NCBI GenBank assembly: GCA_052327205.1
Contig: CM126207.1
Location: forward strand, 46,314,001-46,378,000
DNA length: 64,000 bases
Source: Somniosus microcephalus
Lineage: Eukaryota
Direction: 5' to 3'
The position numbers and the translations under genes were made by a program. Within the stretch, counting starts at the first letter, position 1. Each line of letters opens with the position of its first letter. Positions 39,246 to 51,196 of this stretch are shown one piece after another. Under the pieces are notes generated by a model. The model was not told the DNA's origin. It saw only the letters and a list, made by a program, of their open reading frames with translations, and did no database searches.

Positions 39246-40599
39246 ATTGAATGTTTACCAAACTGAATTTTAGTAAAAAGAAATTGACGAGTCGTTTCCC
39301 TTCTTCAGACTGTTGAGCCATGATTATACAAAGAATTGATGTTAGATCCCTCCTTCACTATATCAAACCTGTTCAGCCAGATTAATAGTGTTTCCCAATT
39401 ATACCCAATACGTTCAATAGAGAAGTTCAATATTGAATTTTTGCTGGTTTAAAAATGTATTGATGTAGTATTTTACCTTTTTTTTGATTAAAATGTAAAT
39501 GACAACACCTGACAGCAGGTAAAGAAGGGATTGTTACAATGTGGGTTTGGGAGGCGAGTTTAAGCAGAACAGAGGATGTGCCAGGTGCCGATGAGCTGTT
39601 TCACTATTGCACTGCCAGGTTATATTGGCATTTGTCCAAATTGGTGCCATCGTGAATCCAACCCCAGAAGTCTGTTTATTTTTTCCGAGCTACAGTTTGG
39701 CACCTGTGATTCAGGTTGATTATACTGGATATCAGAGGTCGTATTGAGGTCAGTTCAGTGCCAAACCAATCTCCATGTGTCATTTTAACCATGGTATTAG
39801 TCCCTTTGGAAACCAGCTTTAAATGGGTCTGTATGTGTGCAAAAAATACTGAAATGTAACCTGGGCAATGAAGCACTTTTATTAAAGTTCAGTGGAGCCC
39901 CTGTGCTTTTTATGGTTGGATTTATTTGATTAACAATAAATCTTGTTGACTTGTGTTATCAGCACCAGTGTTTAGAGAGGTTCATTTTTAAAAAAATTTA
40001 AAGACAGCAAGTTGTAAGTAAATTATGCCTCAATAGATTTACAGTGGCATTTATGTTTTTGTACTTTATTTCTTGCTATAACACTTAGCATTCAAAAAAC
40101 AACCCTTCTAAAAAACCTTCTCTATCAATGTTCTCTTTGTGGGGCCAGTTTTGTAAGCATCACTGACTTTTCCAGTGTATTTGTTGTGAGGACATGGCTG
40201 GGTAATTGAGCTGAGGGTAAAAGGGTTACTAGTCACTGGCTTTGATACCATCGCTCTGTCTTATTGCTACTATCCTTGGAACTTCTAACATGTGTTCAAT
40301 GTTTTTATTTTATTTGCATTTAGTAAATGATAAAATAACTCTTTTATGGGGACAGAGTTGTGCCAAGTGTGTCAATCATCGTCATGCCACTGCTATAGCT
40401 CACTTGGCTAGTGTGAGACAGTTCTTTGGTCCTTTTATTGAATGGTCTTTATTATGTTAAAGGTGCTATATAAATACAAGTTATTGTTGTTCATCATTGC
40501 ACCTGTCTTGGCCTCTCGGTGCCCAACTGTCCCCCTGTTCTATATTTGGCATTGGGTGCAGTTTATGTTGACCTATTACTATTACTACTGCTGCTATCA

Positions 40600-40880
40600 C
40601 CATTTGTGGAAGAGGTTACAGAGAAAGAGAAGGGCGTGGCCATGAAGGGACTTAAGGACGAGGATGAGAATTTTAAATTTCAGGTACTGGGTAACTGGGA
40701 GCTCATGAAGGTCAGCAAGGACAGGGGTGCTAGGTGAGCAGGACTTGCTATGGGATAAGACTGGGGCAGCAGAGTTTTTGATGAGTTAAAGTTTATGGAG
40801 GGTGGAGAATGGGAGGGTTGGCCTGGAGAATATGAGGATAGTGAAGTCTGGAGGTGAGAAAGGCATAGATTTCAACATCA
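40600..40880 (-). mobile_element. Diverged L2 fragment
   Basis: Collinear with 43060-43330 (ggccatg.aggga...gatgag.attttaaa...ggcagcagagtttt.gatga). Confidence 0.7.
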
Positions 40881-40954
40881 GACCACAGTGTAAATTTGAA
40901 AGTTTAAATGTAGATTAGAAAAGTTTAGTGAAACTCATGTGTAACATTAACACT

Positions 40955-41090
40955 AAAAGAAAATACTGCAGATGCTGGAAATCAGAAATAAAAACAGAAA
41001 ATGCTGGAGATACTCAGCAGGTCAGGCAGCATCTGTGAAGAGAGAAAAAGAGTTAACGTTTCAGGTCAATGACCTTTCGTCAGAACTGGG
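40955..41090 (-). mobile_element. Penelope-like element pseudo-LTR fragment
   Basis: aaatactgcagatgctggaaatc...aatgctggagatactcagcaggtcaggcagcatctgtg...gagttaacgtttcaggtc, a very common elasmobranch Penelope terminal repeat (recalled); contains a hammerhead core. Confidence 0.75.
41051..41087 (-). ncRNA. Minimal type I hammerhead ribozyme motif
   Basis: Minus strand reads AGUU-CUGACGA-A-AGGUC(AUU)GACCU-GAAA-CGUU-AACU: stem I AGUU/AACU, both core boxes, a 5-bp stem II, a palindromic minimal stem III (ACGU), and cleavage triplet GUU. Confidence 0.7.
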
Positions 41091-41123
41091 ATCACTAACT
41101 GGATTCTAACATTGTTAGATACT

Positions 41124-42079
41124 GGGGTAGATATTGACTGTAGGCGGGTTTCAGGTGGCCAGCTGGTGAGACGGAAAGCCCAGTCCATTTTGAAGGCAAG
41201 GTCTGGTTAGCATGGGTTTGGCAAGCTGCAGGCTGAAGACAAGCATCTCAGGACAGCCTGCCCAGGTTGGTTTTGTGGAGCCCCTGTCGTGCCAAAAGTA
41301 AATTACAATTTACCTGCTGGGCAGCACTGAGGCTGGAGCACCGGCTGATACTTTGCGGTCTGTGCAAGGCAAAATGATCTACCCAGTACTGTCCTAAAAT
41401 CGTTTTTGGGGTCCTATGTTCATCATATCCTGGGATGAAGGGGTTGACGTATGACAAAACGTTGAGCAGGTTGGGCCTATACTCATTGGAGTTTAGAAGA
41501 ATGAGAGGTGATCTTATTGAAACATATAAGATTCTGAGGGGAATTGACAGGGTAGACACAGAGAGGATGTTTCCCCTAGTGAGGGTATCTAGAACTAGGG
41601 GTATCGTTTCAGAATAAAGGGTCCCCCATTTAAGACGGAGATGAGGAGGAATTTCTTCTCTGAGGGTCGTGCATCTTTGGAATTCTCTACCCCAGAGAGC
41701 TGTGGAGGCGGAGTCATTGAATATATTCATGGCGGAGATTGACAGACATTTGAACTACCAGGGAGTCAAGGGGTACGGGGAGAGAGCGGGAAAGTTGTGT
41801 TGAGGACAAGATTGGATCGGCCATGATCTTATTGAATGGCGGAGCAGGCTCGAGGGGCCGATTGACCTACTCCTGCTCCTGTTTCTTATGTTCTTATGTT
41901 CATATTTGCATATTAAAAGGACCCACCACCTGACTCAGGCAGGCTCTCCAGCTGCCCAGCGTTGGGAAAGAGAGAGATAGTTGCACCACTGGCGGGAATG
42001 ATTACGGAAGTCATACCCCATAATGTTCGGGGCGATACTTCCCTGTTTATGCTGGACAGAAGGCCTCAAAATCTCCCCC
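41124..42079. mobile_element. Harbinger-type MITE containing a nested CR1
   Basis: Ends GGGGTAGATATTGA / TCAAAATCTCCCCC; TSD ACT at 41121-41123 and 42080-42082. Confidence 0.7.
41427..41900 (+). mobile_element. 5'-truncated CR1 LINE
   Basis: MKGLTYDKTLSRLGLYSLEFRRMRGDLIETYKILRGIDRVDTERMFP; tail (TTCTTATG)2. Confidence 0.9.
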
Positions 42080-42716
42080 ACTATTTCAGAAAATGTTCCT
42101 TTTTACAACAAATCACCTCATAGCCACTGTCGGGATCAAAAGAAGTCACAACAAATCACAGACACTGTAACCAGTGGCAACCTGTAACTTGGGGGCTAAT
42201 ACCAAGAAAAGAAGTTTAAAATTAAATACAAACTGTGGGTGTAATTACAGTCTGAACAAGCCCCAAGGAGAGATAATAAAACACAGCAAAAGAATTCTAA
42301 CAATAAATTTGATGTGTGAGATTTTACTTTTTGCTTTTGTTTTCAAAACATCCATAGCTCTTTACTGACAGTTTCAATCAGATTGGTTAGTGTTTACAGG
42401 GTGCTGGCTTCCCACATTTACAATACTGAAATGAGTGACATTAGCCCAATGGACCCATATCATTCTGAATCTACAATACCATGGATTCTCCAGCTGGTTT
42501 TTACACTGTGGAGAGTGCAGCCAACAGAGTGAGAACTACTCATCTTGCTTTGGCTATGGTCCTGTAGGGAGAAAGTGTCTTAGACTAACAGCAAGTAGAA
42601 TAAGTTAAAAAATATTGCACGGAGAAATTACTATATTATTAAGAGTACATTCGTTGAATTAGATATAGGGCATAATGCAATTAAATATTTCATGATATCC
42701 CTGCCAGGCTTCATTG

Positions 42717-43860
42717 CAACAACAACAACAACAGTAACTTGTATTTATATAGCGTCTTTAACGTAGTAAACCATCCCAAGGCACTTCACAGGAGCGTTCT
42801 CAAACCATGTTTGATACCGAGCCACATAAAGAGATATTAGGGCAGATGACCAAAAGCTTGGTTAAAGAGAAAGGTTTTCAGGAGTGTCGTAAAGGAGGAA
42901 AGAGAGGTAGAGAGGTGGAGATGTTTAGGGAGGGAATCTAAGAGCTTAAGGGCTTGGCAGCTGAAGGCACGGCCACCAATGTTGGAGCGATTAAAATCGG
43001 GGATGCTCAAGAGGCCAGAATTGGAGGAGTACAGATATCTGAGGGTTGTAGGGCTGTAGGAGGTTACAGAGATAGGGAGGGGTGAGGCCATGGAGGGATT
43101 TGAAAACAAGGATGAGGATTTTAAAATCGAGGCGTTGCTTAACTGGGAGCCAATGTAGGTCAGCGAGCACAGGGGTAATGGGGGAACAGGACTTGGTGTG
43201 AGTTAAAACATGGGCAGCAGAGTTTTGGATGACCTCGAGTTTTCAGAGGGTAGAATGTGGGAGGCCAGCCAGGAGTGCGTTGGAATAGTCAAGTCTAGAG
43301 ATAACAAAGGCATGGATGAAGGTTTCAGCAGCAGATGAGTGGAGGCAGGGGCGGAATCGGGCGATGTTACGGAGGTGGAAATAGGCAGTCTTAGTGATGG
43401 TTTGCTATGTGGCTGGATGCTCATCTTGGGGTCAAATATGACACCAAAGTTGCGAACAATCTGGTTCAGCCTTGGACAGTTGCCAGGGAGAGAGATGGAG
43501 TCGTGGCTAGGGAACGGAGTTTGTGGTGGGGACTGAAGACAATGGCTTTAGTCTTCCCAATATGTAGTTGGAGGAAATTTCTGCTCATCCAGTACTGAAT
43601 GTCGGACAAGCAATCAGACAATTTAGAGACAGCGGAGTTGTCAAGAGAAAAGGTGGTGAGGTAGAGCTGGGTGTCGTCAGCATTCATGTGGAAACTGACA
43701 CTGTGTTTTCGGATGATGTCACCAAGAGGCAGCATGTAGATTCAAAACAGGAGGGGGCCCAAGGATAGATCCTTGGGGATACCAGAGGTAACGGTGCGGG
43801 AGCAGGAAGAGAAGCCATTGCAAGTGATTCTCTGGCTACGACTGGATAGGTAAGAATGCA
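42717..43860 (-). mobile_element. L2 LINE 3' part (RT C-terminus plus tail)
   Basis: TVTSGIP...LGPLLF, MLPLGDIIRKHSVSFHMNADDTQLY (YADD box), WMSRNFLQL.IGKT, GGRAFS...LP; (CAA)n tail at 42717. Confidence 0.9.
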
Positions 43861-43969
43861 AATGAAATGAAATTGGTTTGTATGGATTCCAAAAAACAAT
43901 TAACCTCCTGGATTTTGTCACTGCCATGTGCAAAGAAAAGCTATGGGATAATATTAAGGCCATTTAGAC

Positions 43970-44620
43970 CAGGGTTTCTCAACCTTTTTGCTTCTGAAGC
44001 CCCCCTCCTGTGTTATAAAAAATCCATGGACCCACCTGTAACACAAAACAAGTATTTTTTCTGTATAAAATTAGTTATACAACTAAACATATATATTTAT
44101 TATTTTTGTTTTACTTACTTAATTATCATGAAGTTGAGACTGAGGTTGGTAGAGTTCTACTTAAGTTAGTAGACTATCACTGAGGTTGATAGAGTTATAC
44201 TGAAGTTAATACACAGTCACGAAGGTTGGTAAAGATTCACTGGAGCCGATGGAGTGCTGATGAGACCGATGGTGTTGAGGGCCGTACCAGCTTTCGCTTC
44301 TCCCCTTGTTGGTTACTAACGAGCTGAGCGGAACGCACCCGCTGAGACTGGACGCCATCTCCTTGGCAACACGGCGGACCAGTGACCATGAGCCTCTGGG
44401 GCCAAGTGACGGTTTCCAGCTCCTCACGATCTGTGTGGGGGGCCGGAGACTAAAGTGTTTCTGTGCTGGTGTTGATCGGTGACTTGTGGGTGAGAGGTGA
44501 AACTTTGTGCCCTGGATACTGCAACTTTCGGGGATCGGCATTACATCAACTTTAAATTGTCTGCGCGTTGGAGACAGGGAGCCACTGGCGGACCCCTTCA
44601 AACCTTCCCGTGGACCCCTG
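43970..44620 (+). mobile_element. hAT (Charlie-like) non-autonomous element
   Basis: Starts CAGGGTTTCTCAACCTTTT and ends GGACCCCTG; 8-bp TSD ATTTAGAC (43962-43969) / CTTTAGAC (44621-44628). Confidence 0.75.
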
Positions 44621-47294
44621 CTTTAGACAGTTCTGCGCTCCTTCACCCAGTACCCAAAACGGTGCTGCAGCTTCCAAACTGCAGCAGCTCAATATGCCAC
44701 CAGCTGGAAATTAGAATGGCCAATCAGAAATTAGCTGGCAGTTTCAATTCTCAGCAAAATACTTGATGTCTGTGACACGACACCGGAGCAAAATGGAGTT
44801 TAGAAGCTAACAGGAACAAACTCATTTCACAGAATATGAATTGTTTATATCAGTCAAATAGTTTTAAAAATATAAAGATGCCATTTTCAGAATGCAGCAA
44901 CATTATCTATCCAGAAGAGTGGAATTATTCACAAACCATAATTTTCAGAAAAAAGTGATTAAAATGTCTAAATTTCACTGAATCCCATGGGACTGCAAGA
45001 ATGCATTAACAGCCTTCAAAGGTGGCAAGAAATATTTACTTAAGTACTCAAATGACTAAAGTACACAGAAGAGGCTCAGTTCCACCGAAGAACATTTTTG
45101 CATGGTTGGAGGAAACCATCTCAAAGCATTTCAACTTAGTCCCTGAAGAGGAAACCTTAGTCTCAGAGTCCCAACAGACTGGTAAGTATAATTTTTGTCT
45201 CTCGTAAATAATCACTCAGGTACAATAACTATAATTGAAAACAGTGGGCATAATGCATACGTTAAGAAGTATAATAATAACAGATTGAAAAGTAATGAGA
45301 AAATAAGTAAATCAGTGATGAGAAAAGGCCATTTAGCCTATTAAAGCTCTTCCTTACAGTAACTAACTCTTCCCTTATGGCATCTAATTTTATATTAATA
45401 GGAAAATGTATTGCACTTTTCAGAATGCAATTTTTAAATATTCAAGAGCTCTGTGAAATAAATTATATCCTTTTTGTCTCCACAGAGAAGCTATTTTCGT
45501 CTAGCTCGATTGCATTCATCCAGAAAGTCATACCCAAAGTTCAGGACAGAAACAAGTCACAGGAAGTTGGGAAATCCACTGGTGAGAAGTCAACAGCCAC
45601 TGCACAGTTGTTAACCCGGAAGGGAGTACATAATATGCTACCCGATGGCTGGAGCTGTATTACCTGTCACCAGATCCACCCAGGATCTTCTCTGAGGTAA
45701 CACAAACATGCAGGAGGGTCCAATGCAGAACTTAAGGTAGCATATCAGCAGCAGAAGGCAACTGCTGACTTTTGGGTCACAACTTCTCCCCTCACAATAT
45801 CTCAGAGCCTTGTAGAGGAGGAATGCCTGCTTCAGCAGGCCATTGACAATCTCTGTCAGTGTGCAATCTGATAACACACTGACATGGTGAGACCAAACAG
45901 TATTATGCAATTGGAGTAGTAACAGTTTGGTCGAATAGACTAGTTCATGTGTAGCAGTCTGCTGTGAAACCAGCCATGCTCCTTTGTATTGCACTAGGAT
46001 ATATCCATTGAAAGCTCTCAGTTTTCTGAAGGCATTTCTTCTGAGGTTAGTATCTACCTTCCTGTAGCTGAGATGGCTCCCTCCAATCCAAAATACCACA
46101 CTGGGATGTATCTTTCAATGGACAGCCCTTCCAAAGCTCAACCATCCATTTCTGAAATCAGTAAATAAAAATAATCAAATATTAGTCCTGTAGTCATGTA
46201 TGTACTACCAAAATTGATTTTACAATATTGTTTTTTCTTCACTGTTCATCTTTGTGTAATGTGTGTGCTAAATTAGTATAGTATTGCAGACATTGGAGTT
46301 ACTATTTTTGTGTATATGATTTAGTCATTTAAGGCTACTATTTTAGACAATTAATTAGACATTACATTTATGCTCAATATTGATATTTTGCAGCCTGTAA
46401 TATTTTCTAGCTGTTGAAGTAAAAGCCAATTATTTTTCTCATTTATGCATTCAGTGTCATCTTTGCCCACTCGACACAAATCTTTCAGCCCCATTTTATA
46501 ATTAGAGTTGATTCTTCAATATGTTGTCTGTTCACCATCCTGGATGTAACCAGATTGTTCAGTCACATGTGACATTCTTTTGCTTTCCAGGTCCTCTTCT
46601 CATGCATATATTAATGTTGAGGGTGTTTTGGCTTGTGCCAGTTCAAACCGTGCTATTAGGCATATTTAACATGTTAGTATCAACATAGTGTTTGAAAAAT
46701 TGCACTCAAGTTAATATGTTTTAATGTTGTGCCAATTTATTTTTTGATGCTCTTAATTAATCATCAAACCCACTCCTTCCGCAGAGTTTCTATACTTTGC
46801 CCTCAAGATATTTAACTCATTTATTAATCTCTTAATGAATAACCAGATGTACAACTTTGAAAAAGATAGAACTGTGAAATTTCTCACTAACCCAAAGTAA
46901 TCTTAAGTGACTCAGAGATATCAAACATTACAACCTTCAGTCAATTGACCAGTTGCATTCCACAATTGACTATTTAATTGCCCCAGCAGCATACAGCTAT
47001 CATGTTCTGTCAAGTACTTGATCATCTTAGCTTGTTCTTATCCTTATAACTTTTTATCCAATTCTTAACCTGATATTTAGCCAGCTCTTTTTTTATGGGG
47101 AATAACATTCTAATTTCTAATTTTCCTTGGGGAGTGTTAAGAAGGAAAGGCTAGGAGGAATGCTTTATGTGAAAAATAGCCCCCTCGTATCTTTAAAAAG
47201 TCTACATATAAAACAGTATTTACTACCTTCTATAGCATATTTTAATTGTTACCAATTATTTTAGCTCCCATGGAGACCCACCATTAGATAAAAT

Positions 47295-48965
47295 CATAAG
47301 AATTAGGAGCAGGAGTAGGCCATACAGCCCCTCAAGCCTGCTCTGCCATTCAATAACATCATGGCTGATCTTCGACCTCAACTCCACTTTCCCGCCGAAT
47401 CTCCATATCCCTTGATTCCCCTAAAGTCCAAAGATCTATCTATCTCAGCCTTGAATATACTCAAAGACTCAGCATCCACAGCCCTTTGGGGCAGAGAATT
47501 CCAAAGATTCACAACCCTCTGAGTGAAGAAGTTCCTCCTCATCTCAGTCTTAAATGGCCGACCCCTTATCCTGAGACTGTGGCCCCTAGTCCTAAACTTT
47601 CCAGACAGATGAAACAACCTCTCAGCAACTACCCTGTCAATCCCCATCAGAATCTTATATGTTTCAATGCGATCACCTCTCATTCTTCTAAACTCCAGAG
47701 AGTATAGGCCCAATCTACTCAATCTCTCCTCATAGGACAACCCTCTCATCCCAGGGATCAATCTAATAAACCTTCGTCGCAGTGCCTCCAAGGCAAATAT
47801 GTCCTTCCTCAGATAAGGAGACCAAAACTGTGCACAGTACTCCTGGTGCAGTCTCACCTGTACAAAGCCCTGTACAATTGTAATAAGACTTCCTTATTCT
47901 TGTACTCCAACCCCCTTGCAATAAAGGCCAACATGCCATTTGCCTTCCTAATGGCTTGCTGCTGTACCTGCATGCTAAGTTTCTGTGTTTCCTGTACAAG
48001 AACATCTAAATCTCTCTAAACACCAACATTTAATAGATTCTCACCATTTAAAAAATATTCCGTTTTTCTATTCTTCCGACCAAAGTGAATAACCTCACAT
48101 TTCCCCACATTATACTCCATCTGCCATTTTATTGCCCATTCACTTAACCGGTTTATATTTCCTTTGCCGGCTCTTTGAGTCTTCCTCACAGCTTACTTTC
48201 CCACCTAGCTTTGCATCAGCAGCAAACTTGGATACATTGCACTTAGTCCCTTCATCCAAGTCACCAGTATAGATTGTAAATAGCTGAGGCCCAAGCACTG
48301 ATCCTTGCGGCACCCCACTAGTCACAGCCTGCTAACCAGAAAATGACCCGTTTATCCCTACTCTGTTTTCTGTCCATTAACCAATCCTCTATCAATGCTA
48401 ATATATTACCCCCAACCCCGTGAGCCCTAATCTATCTTAACAACCTTTTATGTGGCACCTTATTGATGCCTTTTGGAAATCCAAATATACTACATCCAAT
48501 GGTTCCCCTTTATCTTCCCTGTTAGTTACATCCTCAAAGAACTCTAATAAATTTGTTAAACACGATTTTCCTTTCATAAAACCATGTTGACTTTGCCTAT
48601 TCATATTATGATTTTTTTAAGTGCCTTGCTACCAGTTCCTTAATAATGGATTCCAGCATTTTCCCAATGACTGATGTCAGGCTAACTGGCCTGTAGATCC
48701 CTGTTTTCTCTCTCCCTCCTTTCTTGAATAGCGGGGTTACTCTTACTACCTTCCAATTTGCTGGGACCATTCGGGAATCTAGGGAATTTGGGGAAGATCA
48801 CAATCAATGCAGCCACCTCTTTTAGAACCCTAGGATATAGGCCATCATGGGGATTTATCGACTTTTACTCCCATTAGTTTCTCAAGTAGCTTTTCTCTAC
48901 TGATATTAATTACTTTAAGTTCCTCACTCTCATTCGCCCCTTGGTTCCTCACTATTTTTGGTATG
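47295..48965 (-). mobile_element. CR1 LINE, ~1.7-kb 3' portion
   Basis: [35 protein letters not shown]; YCAQFWSPYLRKD...YEERLSRLGLYSLEFRRMRGD...FFTQRVVNLWNSLPQ. Confidence 0.93.
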
Positions 48966-51196
48966 CTTTGTGGCTCTTCTCCAGTTAAAATGGTTGTGAC
49001 ACCTCCCCACACTCTTCGCCAGTGGTAAAAACCCTTTCTAATGTTGTAGCGAGACTTTTCATCTACACTAGGAAGCAGAGGGAATCAATCCGGTCTGGAT
49101 TTCCAACTCATTCATAGTCAATGGTGAGGTAAAATGACTCATAACTATTGACTGGTATAATTTAGCTAGGATGATAATTAATCTCACATTCAGGCAAGTT
49201 TTTTAGATGAGTGGTTTGAACACAACTTTAATTTCCACATGTCTGAATTTAATATAAACTTTAATTTTAATATTGAAAATAATTGGATATGAAAGAGACT
49301 TACAGCTGGGAGTTACATACATCTAAGTTGCATGGCAGAGTTTAACCTTTGTTTACTCAATTGAGGCTGGATTATACTTATATTTTTCCATAAAGGCTCA
49401 TTGGCGTGCTAAAACTATTTTATTCACTCTTTCTTATTTGCGTGATTATTCATTGTATCCAAAAATTCTGAAATACTGTTTTTTGTAAAGAAAATTAAAC
49501 AGCTTTCCTTAGGGGGAAAATAAACCTGTTCAGTACAAGGCAATGCTGTCTGTTGCAATGTAAAAGGATCAAGTTATTTGATCAATTTCACATATGTATT
49601 CATACATGGGATTCATTTAGTCAGAGCTTTGCATAAATATTTTTGATGGTGTACAGGACTCAGCAGGAACAGTAACTGTGAATGTGTACAACCTGAGCCA
49701 TACATGAGTTTCAGCTTGTTTGGTACCAGCTTTACATTTAGAAGGGAACACTAAAAAATAGTGGAAGCGATAAGAGGCGTATAGTTTGTCAGGTGTTTCA
49801 CTATTCACCATATTTTTTATCAACGCAAACATACTGGAACACAGATGCGATCTGTCTACAGAAGCACTACAATTTCAGTGTCAGAAATGAAACTGACTTC
49901 CTGCCTTTGGGAATTAGCATTGATGACACTGGTATAACACAAATACTTGGATATCTGGAAAAAGGTTTTTTTTTCCTTTTTGCAGCAGTCTTCTGGTTGG
50001 TTCACGATGTTCTCCTGGACAAACAGCTAGACAGTGATCAGAAAATGCAAGAGATAACTCAACCCACCCATTCACCAAGCTGCCTATTTGATATTTTTAG
50101 TACTAACAACACCCACTGGTGATGCAAAGAGTACTTGAAAGCATTGAATGACCAGTGTAGTAAAGGTTACTTAATTTAAGCTTTACTGAGGAGTTAATGC
50201 AGAGAAAGCTCATCAGTGTTGCTGACTAGCATCGCATGCAATATATGATGTTCCAGCTGCAAAGATACTCACTCTAATGAATAACATTAATCCATAAAAT
50301 TGAAAAATAAGTTGAAAAATCAAAATTTGATATTGATGTTTTGTGTGAGCTTGGTGTAGTAGGCATTGCAGTTTAGTTTCTGATTCTATTGCACATTATG
50401 GACTGAAGAACATAGATTGATTATAACCATCATGAACTGTTCCTGCTTCTCGCCGACCCTTGCTGGTGTCATTCTGGTTTGGCGTCTAGGTTGTGCATCC
50501 ATAATGCATCACATAATGATGGGTTAGTGTATTACATTAACATGCTGTTACATTATGAGATGATCCATGTATGCTTCCCAAAATAATTGTTAAAATATTT
50601 TGTAAAGCCAGTTCAACTGTCCCAAGTACATATTTCACTTCTGGTACAGCCAGAACAGAACTGGAAACATTCCTCTTTTTGGCCTCCAGAAGCTAATTAA
50701 ACCTTAATGATGCAGCACCATTTTGTTGAGTAAAAGTAACTTCACAATGTCTAGTAACTTAAAGTACCTCATCGTTTACCTACTTTATTGATTTCCGTAG
50801 GTTACTGATAACAATTGAATGGTGACATGAACAGAAAAAAAATCAAAAAGGTATAAAATTAAAGTTCTCATTTGATTTTTCCGTTTCAGATAGATTTTAG
50901 TTAACAGGAATAAGACTTAACCTATAATGTATACATACGAAAAAGCAGCTCAATATGTTCCCTCATTCATCTCTTTTATTTATTTGCATGTTCATTATTT
51001 TGCATTTATAACAAGAAAACAAAGAAAGAGAGAATTTATAACACAAATTTATTACTAAATTCATGCTGATAGCATGACCAAATCATACATTGGCACCTCT
51101 AGTCTGTTGTCATCCAAACCCACAGATGGTGGTGGTCTGTTTCCAGATTTAAGCAATTGGACATGTACTTGAAAAGGACTCATTTTCAGGGTTATG

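Noticed and set aside
44255-44290. CTGATGA box (also CTGAAGA at ~45143) as further hammerheads
   Set aside because: No correctly placed GAAA box closing stem II, and no stem I/III pairing.
45997-46170. Possible terminal coding exon (acceptor ttgcactag, 56 open codons, TAA overlapping AATAAA)
   Set aside because: Peptide not recognisable and no partner exons found; the surrounding 45560-46100 looks like decayed TE coding sequence, so a chance match is plausible.
49793-50122. 109-aa ORF and similar 100-150-aa ORFs in unique sequence (45638-46099, 63592-63981)
   Set aside because: No domain similarity, non-ATG starts or unnatural composition; expected by chance in 64 kb.
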